Positions 33,796-42,446 of a stretch of 48,663 bases of DNA are shown piece by piece (the first letter of the stretch is position 1; each line of letters opens with the position of its first letter). The notes under the pieces were generated by a model. That model did not search any database and was not told the DNA's origin. It saw only the letters and a list, made by a program, of their open reading frames with translations. A program made the position numbers and the translations under genes. This DNA is from a virus, in IMG/VR virus record IMGVR_UViG_3300042379_000679; one strand, written 5' to 3'.

Positions 33796-34456
33796 TGACT
33801 GAATACCTCACGTAAGGAGCTAAAAGGTTAGCAACGGGATGCTTTGCTGTAAGAAAGGGTGTAGCACCAGATCGCGTGTATGAGTAGTCGCCAATTCTTT
33901 CGGACTGGAGCGACCCATCATACTTTGAAGAAGAGTACATCCCGTTGACCAGCTGGGCAATTGCGAGTTTTACAGGTTCTGGGCAATAGTCAAAGCCACC
34001 CGTGTAATCGACTGTGTAAAAATATTGCAAACTGTACGGGTTATCTTGCTTGATGAATGACTTAAATCTGTTTATATATGGATTGACGAATGTAAGCACG
34101 CCTGTGGATGGCTCGAGAACGTATTCGAGATTGATGTCCAGCTTTGTTTCGGTCAGGTTTGTTTCGCTGGAGTTGTAGCTGTCCACATAGCCGCAGGAAT
34201 CGCCCTTGACAGGGTCTGACTGCTGGTAGATTGCGACTCGGGAAACACTTGTAACTGGTGTTCTGCGAAGGTAGATCCGCTGGCTTTGATTGATAACGTA
34301 ACGCTCGGTGACTGTGTCCGATAGGAAAATCCGATTGCAGAACTTCTCTACTAACCTCGACGCAGCATCGATATAAACCTGGACCGTAGCAGATGGAGCA
34401 TCCGCTAAAGCAGGAATGTACGTCAGGCATTCGTTTAGAGTCAGCAGAATATCCAC
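33785..34456 (-). CDS. Head-tail connector (gp6-like)
   Basis: The N-terminal LTLNECLTYIPALADAPSATVQVYIDAASRLVEKFCNRIF fits the gp6-like connector pattern. Confidence 0.6.
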   Translation of the reverse strand: MDILLTLNECLTYIPALADAPSATVQVYIDAASRLVEKFCNRIFLSDTVTERYVINQSQRIYLRRTPVTSVSRVAIYQQSDPVKGDSCGYVDSYNSSETNLTETKLDINLEYVLEPSTGVLTFVNPYINRFKSFIKQDNPYSLQYFYTVDYTGGFDYCPEPVKLAIAQLVNGMYSSSKYDGSLQSERIGDYSYTRSGATPFLTAKHPVANLLAPYVRYSVNGI

Positions 34457-34526
34457 AAGCCCTCCTTAAGCTCTCGAACCCCAAGGGACGACCCGAAGGT
34501 CGCCCCAGAGGGCCGAAAGGTGGGAA

Positions 34527-35033
34527 TCAGTTGGTTCCCTTGGTCTCGATGGCAACATCAGGTTGCGGAACCGGAGTCAGGTTCGAGTTGTGCAGCAAGG
34601 CAACACCGTAAGTGGCTGTGCCAGTGGTCGCTACAACACGCATGTAAGGCTTGCTCACAAAAGCGGTTGTGTTTGACACTTGGACAGCCGTGTCCTTGCC
34701 TGGGTGGTTGACGCTGATTGCCAGAAACTGGTTTGTCGCAGCTGTCGTAGCAGATGCAGAGATTGCAGCACCAGGAACAGCAGGGACGGCAGTGATCGGT
34801 ACGCCAAATGTGGTTGATACCTGATAACCGACCGTAAGGTCAGTCCACGTGGAACCATCGGCTGATTCCTGAACCTTGATTGCCGAGGATGCAGCTAGAG
34901 CGAAGTTGACCAGAAAGGTCGCCCCACCGAAGAGTCCGTTGGCACTGTTTACCTGAACAGACGAGCTGTTTCCCGAGGTAAACACAAGGTGCTTGACTTG
35001 AACACCACTTAAGAGCTGATTATGACGGGACAT
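34527..35033 (-). CDS. Hypothetical head-associated protein (168 aa), possibly a decoration protein
   Basis: It lies directly after the major capsid gene and appears beta-rich. Confidence 0.6.
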   Translation of the reverse strand: MSRHNQLLSGVQVKHLVFTSGNSSSVQVNSANGLFGGATFLVNFALAASSAIKVQESADGSTWTDLTVGYQVSTTFGVPITAVPAVPGAAISASATTAATNQFLAISVNHPGKDTAVQVSNTTAFVSKPYMRVVATTGTATYGVALLHNSNLTPVPQPDVAIETKGTN

Positions 35034-35056
35034 ATGGTTCTCCTCTTGTGCTTATA

Positions 35057-36397
35057 TCAAGATACCTTGATGAATTTGCCGTATTGTTCTTGGATCGTGT
35101 CTGCACCCCAACGCAAACGGAAGAGGTAAACACGGCGATTGTTCACGGCTTCGATTTCATTTAAGACCCGTACAGATAAGCCCATACGAATCGGCATGAA
35201 CACGCCTTGCAGCGATCCGAAGAACGCAACTGCGTTACCACTCGTACCCTGAAGAGGAGCGAACTGGCAGTAGCTGATTGGGAACCCGTCAATCGAGTCA
35301 GGAATCGGCTGGACGATGCCAGGGAAGTTCTGACCGCTCTGGAACAGGTACTGACCGTTGGACGCTTTGAACAGGCTCACAGTCTTCGCTGTTTGCTGGT
35401 GCATCACGAAGCTGAAGTTTGGCTGGGCGTATTGAGGCAGAATGCTGAACCGCATGGATTTAACCGTATCAGCGTCCAGCGTTGAGCTAGAACCAGATGC
35501 AGTCACGAAGCCGAATTTACCTGCCTCGCCACCCGAACTGCTGGAAATCGAGTTCCAGATACCCCGAGGTTGGCCTACACCCGTACCGTAAGCGAGGTGC
35601 TTTTCGTAGTGGAGATCAAGCCAGGTTTGCAACTCTTGATTGAAGTAGGATTCCAGATTGAATCCTGAGTCTTCCAAGAGCGTGTTGGACATCGAAATCC
35701 GGCCCATGTACTCATGAACTGGGATCGAGACTTCACCAAAAGTTGGCTCAAGGGAAGCACTTGGTGTTCCGGCTTCGCCTGTCCACATACCCTGAATCGG
35801 GCTGGTATAGACATCGTCGCGGAAGGTGGTACGCAGCATGACAACACGGTTGCTATTGGTGGTGATCTGACGAACACGACCACGAAGCGTTGTTGGGGCT
35901 GGCTTACGCTGAATGACTTCATTGAGCATGTCAGGTGGTACGAAATAGCCAGCACCTTCGTCGATGCCTTCGACCAGCGTCTTAAATGTCCGAGCGTAGT
36001 TGTTCTTGAGCTTGTCTTCACCGAAGTGGAGGAAAGCCTTGAAGGCTCGGGCGTATTCTGGAGTCGAAATCGACTTGTTTTGTTTCTCTGTCAGGATGCC
36101 CAGACCATCGTCTTGGACCTCACCTGAATCCGAGATCGTTGTGAACCCAGCAGAGCGTGTTGAGCCACTGTAAGGCGTGCCAACAGACTTGTTTGTCAGG
36201 TCGCGATAGGAATCGAGGTTTACGGAGTCGAGGGCGTCGGCTTCGTCGATTTTGGCTTTGAGCGTAGGCAGGGTCTCTTGCAAGATTGCCTTGTAGCGAG
36301 CTGTCTGGTCGTCGTTGCGATCTTCGTTCAACCGAAGTGCTTCAGCCTCAGCAAAGGCACTTTTGAACTCAGCACGCAATTTTGGCGATGCTGCCAT
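35057..36397 (-). CDS. Major capsid protein (HK97 fold)
   Basis: 446 aa with a coiled N-terminal delta-like region, directly after the S78 protease. Confidence 0.85.
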   Translation of the reverse strand: MAASPKLRAEFKSAFAEAEALRLNEDRNDDQTARYKAILQETLPTLKAKIDEADALDSVNLDSYRDLTNKSVGTPYSGSTRSAGFTTISDSGEVQDDGLGILTEKQNKSISTPEYARAFKAFLHFGEDKLKNNYARTFKTLVEGIDEGAGYFVPPDMLNEVIQRKPAPTTLRGRVRQITTNSNRVVMLRTTFRDDVYTSPIQGMWTGEAGTPSASLEPTFGEVSIPVHEYMGRISMSNTLLEDSGFNLESYFNQELQTWLDLHYEKHLAYGTGVGQPRGIWNSISSSSGGEAGKFGFVTASGSSSTLDADTVKSMRFSILPQYAQPNFSFVMHQQTAKTVSLFKASNGQYLFQSGQNFPGIVQPIPDSIDGFPISYCQFAPLQGTSGNAVAFFGSLQGVFMPIRMGLSVRVLNEIEAVNNRRVYLFRLRWGADTIQEQYGKFIKVS

Positions 36398-36401
36398 GGG
36401 A

Positions 36402-37160
36402 TTACTCCTTGATGTAGGCGCGAAACGCTTCGAGAAGGTCGTTTAATGGGTCTTCAACTGCAACTTTTGCCTGGGCCGGAGCTTCGGCGGGTTCTTCTTC
36501 CGATTCGGATTTGATTCCGGCATCGACAAGCAGAGTTTCAAGCATTTCGTAGGACGCTTTGACCTGGGCGCACACTTGGGCCAGTAGGTCTGCCGTTGTT
36601 TGAGAGATCTTTCGCCCAGCTTTGAAGGACGAGATGGCTGTTTGTTCGTTTGCACCGAGTGCGACTGGAGAGATTTCCAGTAGTTTTGCTCGTTTGATCA
36701 GGCGGGAACCGCTTTCGGCTCGCATCAACTCTTCTTCGGATGGGCTGTATCCAGCCTTCTTCCAATAGTCGAGCGTGTCTTTCTTCGTCATTCGCTTGAT
36801 TTGCAATGGGATAATACCCACCGACAATTCCTTGACAACGCCTGACGTGATGAGTTTGCGATCTTCCTGAGCTTTGACCGTATCCACCAGAATTGCCTCG
36901 AGGAACAGCCCTTTGGCATCCTCAAAGAGTTCTACTGGCTTGCCGATAGGATTCGCATGGTCGTGATTCACGCCACCGATAAACCCTTTGGACATAAACC
37001 TCTGGATATCAGCCTTGTAAGCACCTGGGGCAATAATGTCGCCATGATAATCAAGGAAATGGAATGTCGAAGCATAGCCAGCGAACCCGCCAGAGTCGGA
37101 ATTATCAACCCTCGGTGCTGGAGCCAGCTTGTAAACCAGACTTAGTTCCGGTTCAGACAC
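36402..37160 (-). CDS. Prohead maturation protease (HK97 / S78 family)
   Basis: GYASTFHFLDYHGDIIAPGAY and the GVNHDH region, with an acidic C-terminal tail. Confidence 0.85.
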   Translation of the reverse strand: MSEPELSLVYKLAPAPRVDNSDSGGFAGYASTFHFLDYHGDIIAPGAYKADIQRFMSKGFIGGVNHDHANPIGKPVELFEDAKGLFLEAILVDTVKAQEDRKLITSGVVKELSVGIIPLQIKRMTKKDTLDYWKKAGYSPSEEELMRAESGSRLIKRAKLLEISPVALGANEQTAISSFKAGRKISQTTADLLAQVCAQVKASYEMLETLLVDAGIKSESEEEPAEAPAQAKVAVEDPLNDLLEAFRAYIKE

Positions 37161-37228
37161 GATATTTTCCTCGCAATGGATAGATACTCACCTATATATA
37201 TTAACAGATAAACAATTGTTGATGCAAA

Positions 37229-37549
37229 CTAAATCTTTTCCGGTTCTGCCGTGTAGTCTCCCGCACGAAAAACGCTCACTGTCTTCAGGTATTTGTCGTG
37301 GGTCTGATCGGCCAAGAGGAGTTTTAGTTGCTGACGGAGTTCGTCCATGACCAGGTCGTCTTCGCTACTTAACTGCATTTGAGAGGCATGTAGCCAGACG
37401 CCCAGAAGCGATTGCAATCGGGAGTGATGCAGGACACAGGCTTGAAAGCCTTCGTTATCTTGAACGTCAATTTGCTCGAGATCGACCAGTAGCGAATCAA
37501 TCGGAGACTTTTTCGTGACTTCATCGTCGCCGTCTGGTTCTTGAGGCAT
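37229..37549 (-). CDS. Hypothetical acidic protein (106 aa)
   Basis: An ORF upstream of the protease. Confidence 0.55.
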   Translation of the reverse strand: MPQEPDGDDEVTKKSPIDSLLVDLEQIDVQDNEGFQACVLHHSRLQSLLGVWLHASQMQLSSEDDLVMDELRQQLKLLLADQTHDKYLKTVSVFRAGDYTAEPEKI

Positions 37550-37627
37550 GTCTGATAGTCCCTATTGCCAGAGCGATTGTGTTGAAGATCAAGTACAGGT
37601 AGAAATACAGCAGGAACAAAGACCAGG

Positions 37628-38536
37628 CTACCAATTGAGTTTCGCCCAGGGGATTTCTTTACGAGTCCAGCCAGCCAGATCGCTAAAGGCCCAGGAATCA
37701 CCCTCTTTAAGCATGCTTTCCGCAGTTTTCTTGCGGATCTTGAAGCTACCAGCGGGCATCCAGTCGGGTTTCGGGCCTGAGATCCAGTCGTTGCCCCATG
37801 AGTTCAGGATCACTGCGGACTCGTCTGAGAGGTCAATCCCAATGATGATCATCTGGTGCGACCATGAGCCTTTAGGGGCTGAGAATCCGTTTGCATCACG
37901 CTTATAACTGAACCCCTGATCGGAAGCGACTGTGACTGGGTAGCCAGAGGTAATTGCACTGACGAGTTCATCCCACTCGTCCACCTTGGCGTAAGACTTG
38001 ATTGGGTGGAGCTTTGCTGTAGGCTCGAGGTCGTCAGGAACACCTTTACGGGCATAACTTGAGCAGCAGAGGGCTGCACTGTAATTTGTAAGATCTACGG
38101 ATGCATATTTCTTACGGGGGAGAACGCCGTATTTCTGCAAATACTGGGCCGCCCAAGCTCCGACAGAGCCTTCCCCTGAAATCCTACCACCACCAATTTC
38201 GACACGACTTCCCCAGTAAATGGACATGCAGTCAAGGCGACCGGGATTTTCAGCACCTTTATCTGTTATGTCTTCGGCCACAAGAATTTCTGCCGCCATA
38301 GCAGCACCGTTAGCAACGCATGATCCGCATGAACCCTGATTGTAAATCCATTTGTCCTTACCCCAGACCATGTCCATGTACCTTGTCAGTATGACAGGCC
38401 CAGTGGGAGCGGAGTCCATGAGGTGGGGGGCAGTTGCGGAAAAGCCTTGAATTCCGTTTTCGGAGACGATTCGAGCGACTTCCTGTGGGTCTTTATGCCA
38501 GCCGAAGCCGAAATTGAGAGCGTCATAAGGGGTCAT
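37628..38536 (-). CDS. Papain-like (C1 family) cysteine peptidase
   Basis: NQGSCGSCVANG (Q-G-x-C-G-S-C), SWSHQMIIIG (His) and ILNSWGNDW (N-S-W-G). No signal peptide is seen. Confidence 0.8.
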   Translation of the reverse strand: MTPYDALNFGFGWHKDPQEVARIVSENGIQGFSATAPHLMDSAPTGPVILTRYMDMVWGKDKWIYNQGSCGSCVANGAAMAAEILVAEDITDKGAENPGRLDCMSIYWGSRVEIGGGRISGEGSVGAWAAQYLQKYGVLPRKKYASVDLTNYSAALCCSSYARKGVPDDLEPTAKLHPIKSYAKVDEWDELVSAITSGYPVTVASDQGFSYKRDANGFSAPKGSWSHQMIIIGIDLSDESAVILNSWGNDWISGPKPDWMPAGSFKIRKKTAESMLKEGDSWAFSDLAGWTRKEIPWAKLNW

Positions 38537-39033
38537 TTGCTCAACTCCTCACAGGCTTTCTTGATTTCAGCTAATGCCGCCAGCAGTTCTTCGCGTGTCT
38601 TGTACCCCTTGCTTGCAAGCAGATCGCCAAGAGCCACGCCAGACCAATAAGTCCGAATCCCATTATCGTCAGCACTCTTTGCCAATACTCCGATGACCTG
38701 AGCCATGTCGAGGCCCAACGCTCCAGCCTGTGCTTCAGTTATCTGTATCGATTTGTCGAGGGCTAATGCCCCTTGCTTGCGTTTTGCCTTGTCAGGCACA
38801 GTAATGGTCACTATGGACCAGAACTCGTTTGCAAGGCCTGTCAGGTTCGGTGGAACGGGCTTCTTTTCAGGGTCAGTTTCCTGCCCGTCATAAGCCTTGA
38901 CTGTTCCAGATTGTGTTCCAACAACATACGTCCTGCCTCTATCTACAAAAACAATGGAAACTTCCGTCACCGGAGGTACATTGAAAGAGGGGATCGAGGT
39001 CTGCCCAAGTAGCATCAGTGCAGCGAAAAGCAT
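38533..39033 (-). CDS. Secreted or membrane-anchored hypothetical protein (166 aa)
   Basis: The signal-like N-terminus MLFAALMLLGQTS is used as the start (GGGTGGGA upstream). The track ORF begins at 39072. Confidence 0.6.
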   Translation of the reverse strand: MLFAALMLLGQTSIPSFNVPPVTEVSIVFVDRGRTYVVGTQSGTVKAYDGQETDPEKKPVPPNLTGLANEFWSIVTITVPDKAKRKQGALALDKSIQITEAQAGALGLDMAQVIGVLAKSADDNGIRTYWSGVALGDLLASKGYKTREELLAALAEIKKACEELSK

Positions 39034-39035
39034 AA

Positions 39036-39164
39036 TCAATCCCACCCTTCCGGTTTGTCCTGGTGTTCCCACTTCTCATACCAGTCGTCATCCATAGACC
39101 AGTAGAGACACAAGGACAAACCGATAAGAATTCCAAGTATGATGTATCCGAAAGTGGCGAACAC
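39036..39164 (-). CDS. Possible small membrane peptide (42 aa, GTG start)
   Basis: Not in the track. Translation: VFATFGYIILGILIGLSLCLYWSMDDDWYEKWEHQDKPEGWD. No clear SD. Confidence 0.25.
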   Translation of the reverse strand: MFATFGYIILGILIGLSLCLYWSMDDDWYEKWEHQDKPEGWD

Positions 39165-39169
39165 CCGTA

Positions 39170-39361
39170 TCACAGGCCAGCTGTCGCTGCGGCTACTGCT
39201 TTGGAAATAGCGTCTTCACGCTGAACCATTGCGGCTTTAACCGTTTCCTCGTTGAGGCTCACGACTTCGCCCCTGGCGAGTTGCTGAAGCAGTTCCTTAA
39301 TCACTTCCACGATCAGTGGAGTCATCAGGCGTATGATGAGTTGGGTAAACATTATTTGCAT
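39170..39361 (-). CDS. Hypothetical small protein (63 aa)
   Basis: An ORF in the cluster of small genes. Confidence 0.45.
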   Translation of the reverse strand: MQIMFTQLIIRLMTPLIVEVIKELLQQLARGEVVSLNEETVKAAMVQREDAISKAVAAATAGL

Positions 39362-39591
39362 GCCCCGCTGGGACAGATGTAGATGTAATTCATTTGCGTT
39401 GCCGCTGGCTTGCTGTGGAAAAGCGATTTCCGTGGGCGGCGACCACCGTTGTTTGGGCGAGGCGGCAAGGTAATTAATTTGGCAGGGCGTTCAACCGTTA
39501 CGATTGCTGCCGTTGGTTGCTGGACTGGATCGCAATTGCCTTTTGGGCATTCCGGCTGTGCGGCGTACAAGAAAATGGCTTCGATAAACAT
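39352..39591 (-). CDS. Hypothetical small protein (79 aa) with a hydrophobic N-terminus
   Basis: An ORF in the cluster of small genes. Confidence 0.4.
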   Translation of the reverse strand: MFIEAIFLYAAQPECPKGNCDPVQQPTAAIVTVERPAKLITLPPRPNNGGRRPRKSLFHSKPAATQMNYIYICPSGACK

Positions 39592-39677
39592 GATTGCTCA
39601 CCTTTCAAGTGGTTGGGATAGATGGAACCGTTTGACCAACCGGCACTTAGATCACCTTACCCTTCTGGGGACGGAGG

Positions 39678-40013
39678 TTATTTCAGGTCGATTGTCTCTT
39701 CTTTGTCAGTCGAAGATGATTTTGATGTCGGGGAGGAGTTGGATTGCCGCTTCTCTTTGAAGCTCTTCACTAAGCCCGCACTTGCATATATCACAGCCGC
39801 AACGCTGTATAGCAACTCTGCCCAGCTCAGATCGACATTCACCAAGTTGGCCCCCACCCAGTTTGTTGTGACAGCAATTGGGCCGATCACCCATCCCACA
39901 TTGGGGTTCAGGAGGTCGAACGAGGGGTCGGGTGTTTGCATCGCTAAGATCCGTTTGGGGTCTTGGGGTGCGGTGCGGTCGTATGCTGACACGGTGGCGA
40001 CGGAAGACGACAT
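39678..40013 (-). CDS. Hypothetical membrane protein (111 aa)
   Basis: It has a hydrophobic core, GWVIGPIAVTTNWVGANL...LLYSVAAVIYASAGLV. It is preferred over the overlapping frame 39706..40029. Confidence 0.5.
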   Translation of the reverse strand: MSSSVATVSAYDRTAPQDPKRILAMQTPDPSFDLLNPNVGWVIGPIAVTTNWVGANLVNVDLSWAELLYSVAAVIYASAGLVKSFKEKRQSNSSPTSKSSSTDKEETIDLK

Positions 40014-40048
40014 TTCTAGGCCTCTTCATATAAGCATATTATAACCTG

Positions 40049-40309
40049 TTACTCGCCCTCTTGTAAATACTTCATCCCGACCTGATGAGCCTTAAGCAAT
40101 GCTGCCAAAGCGGATGCGACTGAAATCACGACTGCTGCTGCCGGACCTACATAAATCTTGCTGAGGTTCTCGAGGATGACAGTCAGAAGGGTTAGAATCA
40201 AAGCCGAAACCGAGCCTGTTCCGAAAGCCTTTAGGAGCGTTGATTTAAGCTCTTCGACGTTGATGTAGCCCTGAAGGCTCGGCAGATTGTTCAGTTCGTC
40301 TTCGCTCAT
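40049..40309 (-). CDS. Holin-like two-TM protein (86 aa)
   Basis: Two hydrophobic segments, SVSALILTLLTVIL and AAAVVISVASALAALL. Confidence 0.5.
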   Translation of the reverse strand: MSEDELNNLPSLQGYINVEELKSTLLKAFGTGSVSALILTLLTVILENLSKIYVGPAAAVVISVASALAALLKAHQVGMKYLQEGE

Positions 40310-40310
40310 G

Positions 40311-40664
40311 TCACTCCCCCTGCTTTACGTTGAATCCAGATTTGATCATATGTTCTGACACAGATTCGATGCCGGTTTGGTGGATCACGTAAACTTCGGC
40401 CAGATAGCGAGCGAAGGTCTGCTGGAAGTCCTGGGTGGTTGTGATCACCAACTGCTTGCCCGATAGAAGCGTTTCCAGTTCAGCCTTGGCTCTAATGCCT
40501 TCCATTGCGAGCGACTTGTGCATTTCTGGAGCGTTGTAGCCTTTGAGCCGCACATGCTGCCGTGTTTGCATGTCAAAACCCAAGTCAATCATCAAGACAG
40601 CGGTATCACCATCGACGATGCGTTCGAGTCTGGCTGCGTAGGTGTAATTGACAACTGGCGGCAT
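40311..40664 (-). CDS. Staphylococcal-nuclease-like (SNase/thermonuclease) protein
   Basis: RIVDGDTAVL...VRLKGYNAPE matches the SNase core pattern. Confidence 0.7.
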   Translation of the reverse strand: MPPVVNYTYAARLERIVDGDTAVLMIDLGFDMQTRQHVRLKGYNAPEMHKSLAMEGIRAKAELETLLSGKQLVITTTQDFQQTFARYLAEVYVIHQTGIESVSEHMIKSGFNVKQGE

Positions 40665-40909
40665 CAGATTGGCCTTGGTTTAGGTGGCACTGGGATAACG
40701 CTGGGATTCCAGGTGTAGTCTGGGTCATCCAGATAGTTCTGAAACACCGGAGCAGGCACATTAACGAGCTGGGTGACCAACTGGGCGTGCCGTCTGGAAT
40801 CCACTGCATACCGTTCAATTGCTTTTTGCCGTGCGAGGCGTTTCGCCATTTCTTCAAGGCTTGGCTTTTGTCTTCTCATGAACCAGTCCAACAGTTCTTT
40901 TCCGGTCAT
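40664..40909 (-). CDS. Hypothetical protein (81 aa)
   Basis: ATGA overlap with the upstream stop. The track ORF N-terminus is trimmed. Confidence 0.5.
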   Translation of the reverse strand: MTGKELLDWFMRRQKPSLEEMAKRLARQKAIERYAVDSRRHAQLVTQLVNVPAPVFQNYLDDPDYTWNPSVIPVPPKPRPI

Positions 40910-41112
40910 TTTAGCCCTCTTGGAACGGTGAAGCAGTGGCCCAGGACGATTCCAACACCGAGTGCAAAGCTGAGACTGTGCTGATTGACTTCCCAGATCG
41001 CCTCGCTCCAGGTTGTGCCGCCGCTTTGCCACTTGATCAGATCAACAATCAGCAGCACGATTGCAACTGTGATCAACACGACAAAGTTCTTAGCAGCGGC
41101 ACTAAAGGTCAT
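40906..41112 (-). CDS. Holin-like membrane protein (68 aa)
   Basis: Two hydrophobic segments, FVVLITVAIVLLIV and LSFALGVGIVLG. Confidence 0.5.
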   Translation of the reverse strand: MTFSAAAKNFVVLITVAIVLLIVDLIKWQSGGTTWSEAIWEVNQHSLSFALGVGIVLGHCFTVPRGLK

Positions 41113-41690
41113 CAGATTGGCCCGTTGGATGTTCCGTTGGATGTGCCGTTGCCGTTGTTTGTTGGCCAGAGTGGTGGCAGGGATGCGAAGAATTCGCCCA
41201 CGGTTGGAAGTGCCTGTGTGCCTGCCTGAACAGCCTGAACCATGCTATAAAACAAGCTCCAGATAGTGTCGCGATAAGCGATTGCGGCATCACCTTCAGA
41301 CTTGTAAGTTGTGATGTTGCTCAGAGTCCAGCTTGTGGCTGAAAGGATGGAATCGTATTGCTTCACGGACACCGCTTGATCGAGAAATGAGCCGATGCCG
41401 TTGCCGATTTCGGTGAGCCTTTGAATTACATAAGCCTGTTGTTCTTCGGCTGTCAGATTAATGACCGTCCACGTATCGCTCACGAATGTGCCATCGAAAG
41501 CAAAGCTCTGAGAAAGCCGCTGTGTGGCAGGGTTAAACGATGGGATTGGCGATGGGGTGTATGGGTAATAGCCGTATGTGGCTAAACTCGCATCGTCGAG
41601 GGCATTAAAATTGCTGACAGTCGTGAATGACTGTGGTAGCCACTGTGGGCCGGAGATTTGACCGTTTGGATTGACTTGGCAATATTGCAT
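41112..41690 (-). CDS. Hypothetical fibre-associated protein (192 aa)
   Basis: It follows the LamG gene. The C-terminus carries a NGNGTSNGTSNG repeat. Confidence 0.6.
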   Translation of the reverse strand: MQYCQVNPNGQISGPQWLPQSFTTVSNFNALDDASLATYGYYPYTPSPIPSFNPATQRLSQSFAFDGTFVSDTWTVINLTAEEQQAYVIQRLTEIGNGIGSFLDQAVSVKQYDSILSATSWTLSNITTYKSEGDAAIAYRDTIWSLFYSMVQAVQAGTQALPTVGEFFASLPPLWPTNNGNGTSNGTSNGPI

Positions 41691-41699
41691 GACTGCGCC

Positions 41700-42446
41700 T
41701 TATGCGTTGGGGTATGGGGCTGTTGGTACGGTTATTGTGCGAGCGTATTTGGTAATTCGGATGTCATCTAAATAGCCATCCATTGCTTGTTTACCGCCAG
41801 TTGAATCTGCTGCAATAGCAAGAGGACGTACGTTGTCGGCAAAGATCGTCTTTGTTACAGATGTTGTTGTTCCGGTCTGCACGCCGTCTAAATACAGACG
41901 TAGATTGCCGTTTTGTCGTACTGCTGCAACGTGATACCACCTACCAGTTGACCAAGTAAAGGTTGCGCTCTGAGTCAAAATGAAAGACCCACCGCCCGCT
42001 GCATAAAAATATAATCCGGTAGAGACTGCGTAAAAGCCCCACCAGTTCCCTGGATTGGATTCCGGCCAAGTTGACTGCCCAATTAACTGATTTTCATATC
42101 CGCTTCCATTGCCGGGTGGAGCAGTCGTAAAATAAACCCAAGTCTCAATTGTAAAATCACCAGAAATTGAACCAAAAACCGTATTTGGATTGTTTATTTT
42201 TATGTAATTCCCGAGGCCATTTACCGCACTATTTGTGTAAAAATAGCCAGAAGCTCCACCAAACTTGCTCTGCGCCGTGCTGATCTGAGCATTGCCATTC
42301 ACAGTCACTGTTGCTGCATTTGGCCCGCTGTCCACAAAACTCGTGCTGTTATTCGCCCCGTCCATGTGCAGCAGGAGCGAAACGCTGGAGAAATATGGGT
42401 CGCTTGTTGCCGTCTTTCGGGCATTGCGAATAATATTGGCTAACAT
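41700..42446 (-). CDS. LamG / concanavalin-A-like lectin domain protein
   Basis: SVSLLLHMDG...FVDSG...DFTIETWVYF...WYHVAAVRQNGNLRLYLDG...YLDDIRITKYA fits the Laminin_G_3 pattern. The ATG at 42446 overlaps the upstream TGA. Confidence 0.75.
   Translation of the reverse strand: MLANIIRNARKTATSDPYFSSVSLLLHMDGANNSTSFVDSGPNAATVTVNGNAQISTAQSKFGGASGYFYTNSAVNGLGNYIKINNPNTVFGSISGDFTIETWVYFTTAPPGNGSGYENQLIGQSTWPESNPGNWWGFYAVSTGLYFYAAGGGSFILTQSATFTWSTGRWYHVAAVRQNGNLRLYLDGVQTGTTTSVTKTIFADNVRPLAIAADSTGGKQAMDGYLDDIRITKYARTITVPTAPYPNA

Noticed and set aside
39706-40029. Alternative 107-aa frame
   Set aside because: Its product is Arg/Pro-rich and low-complexity. The overlapping frame 39678..40013 gives a plausible membrane protein.
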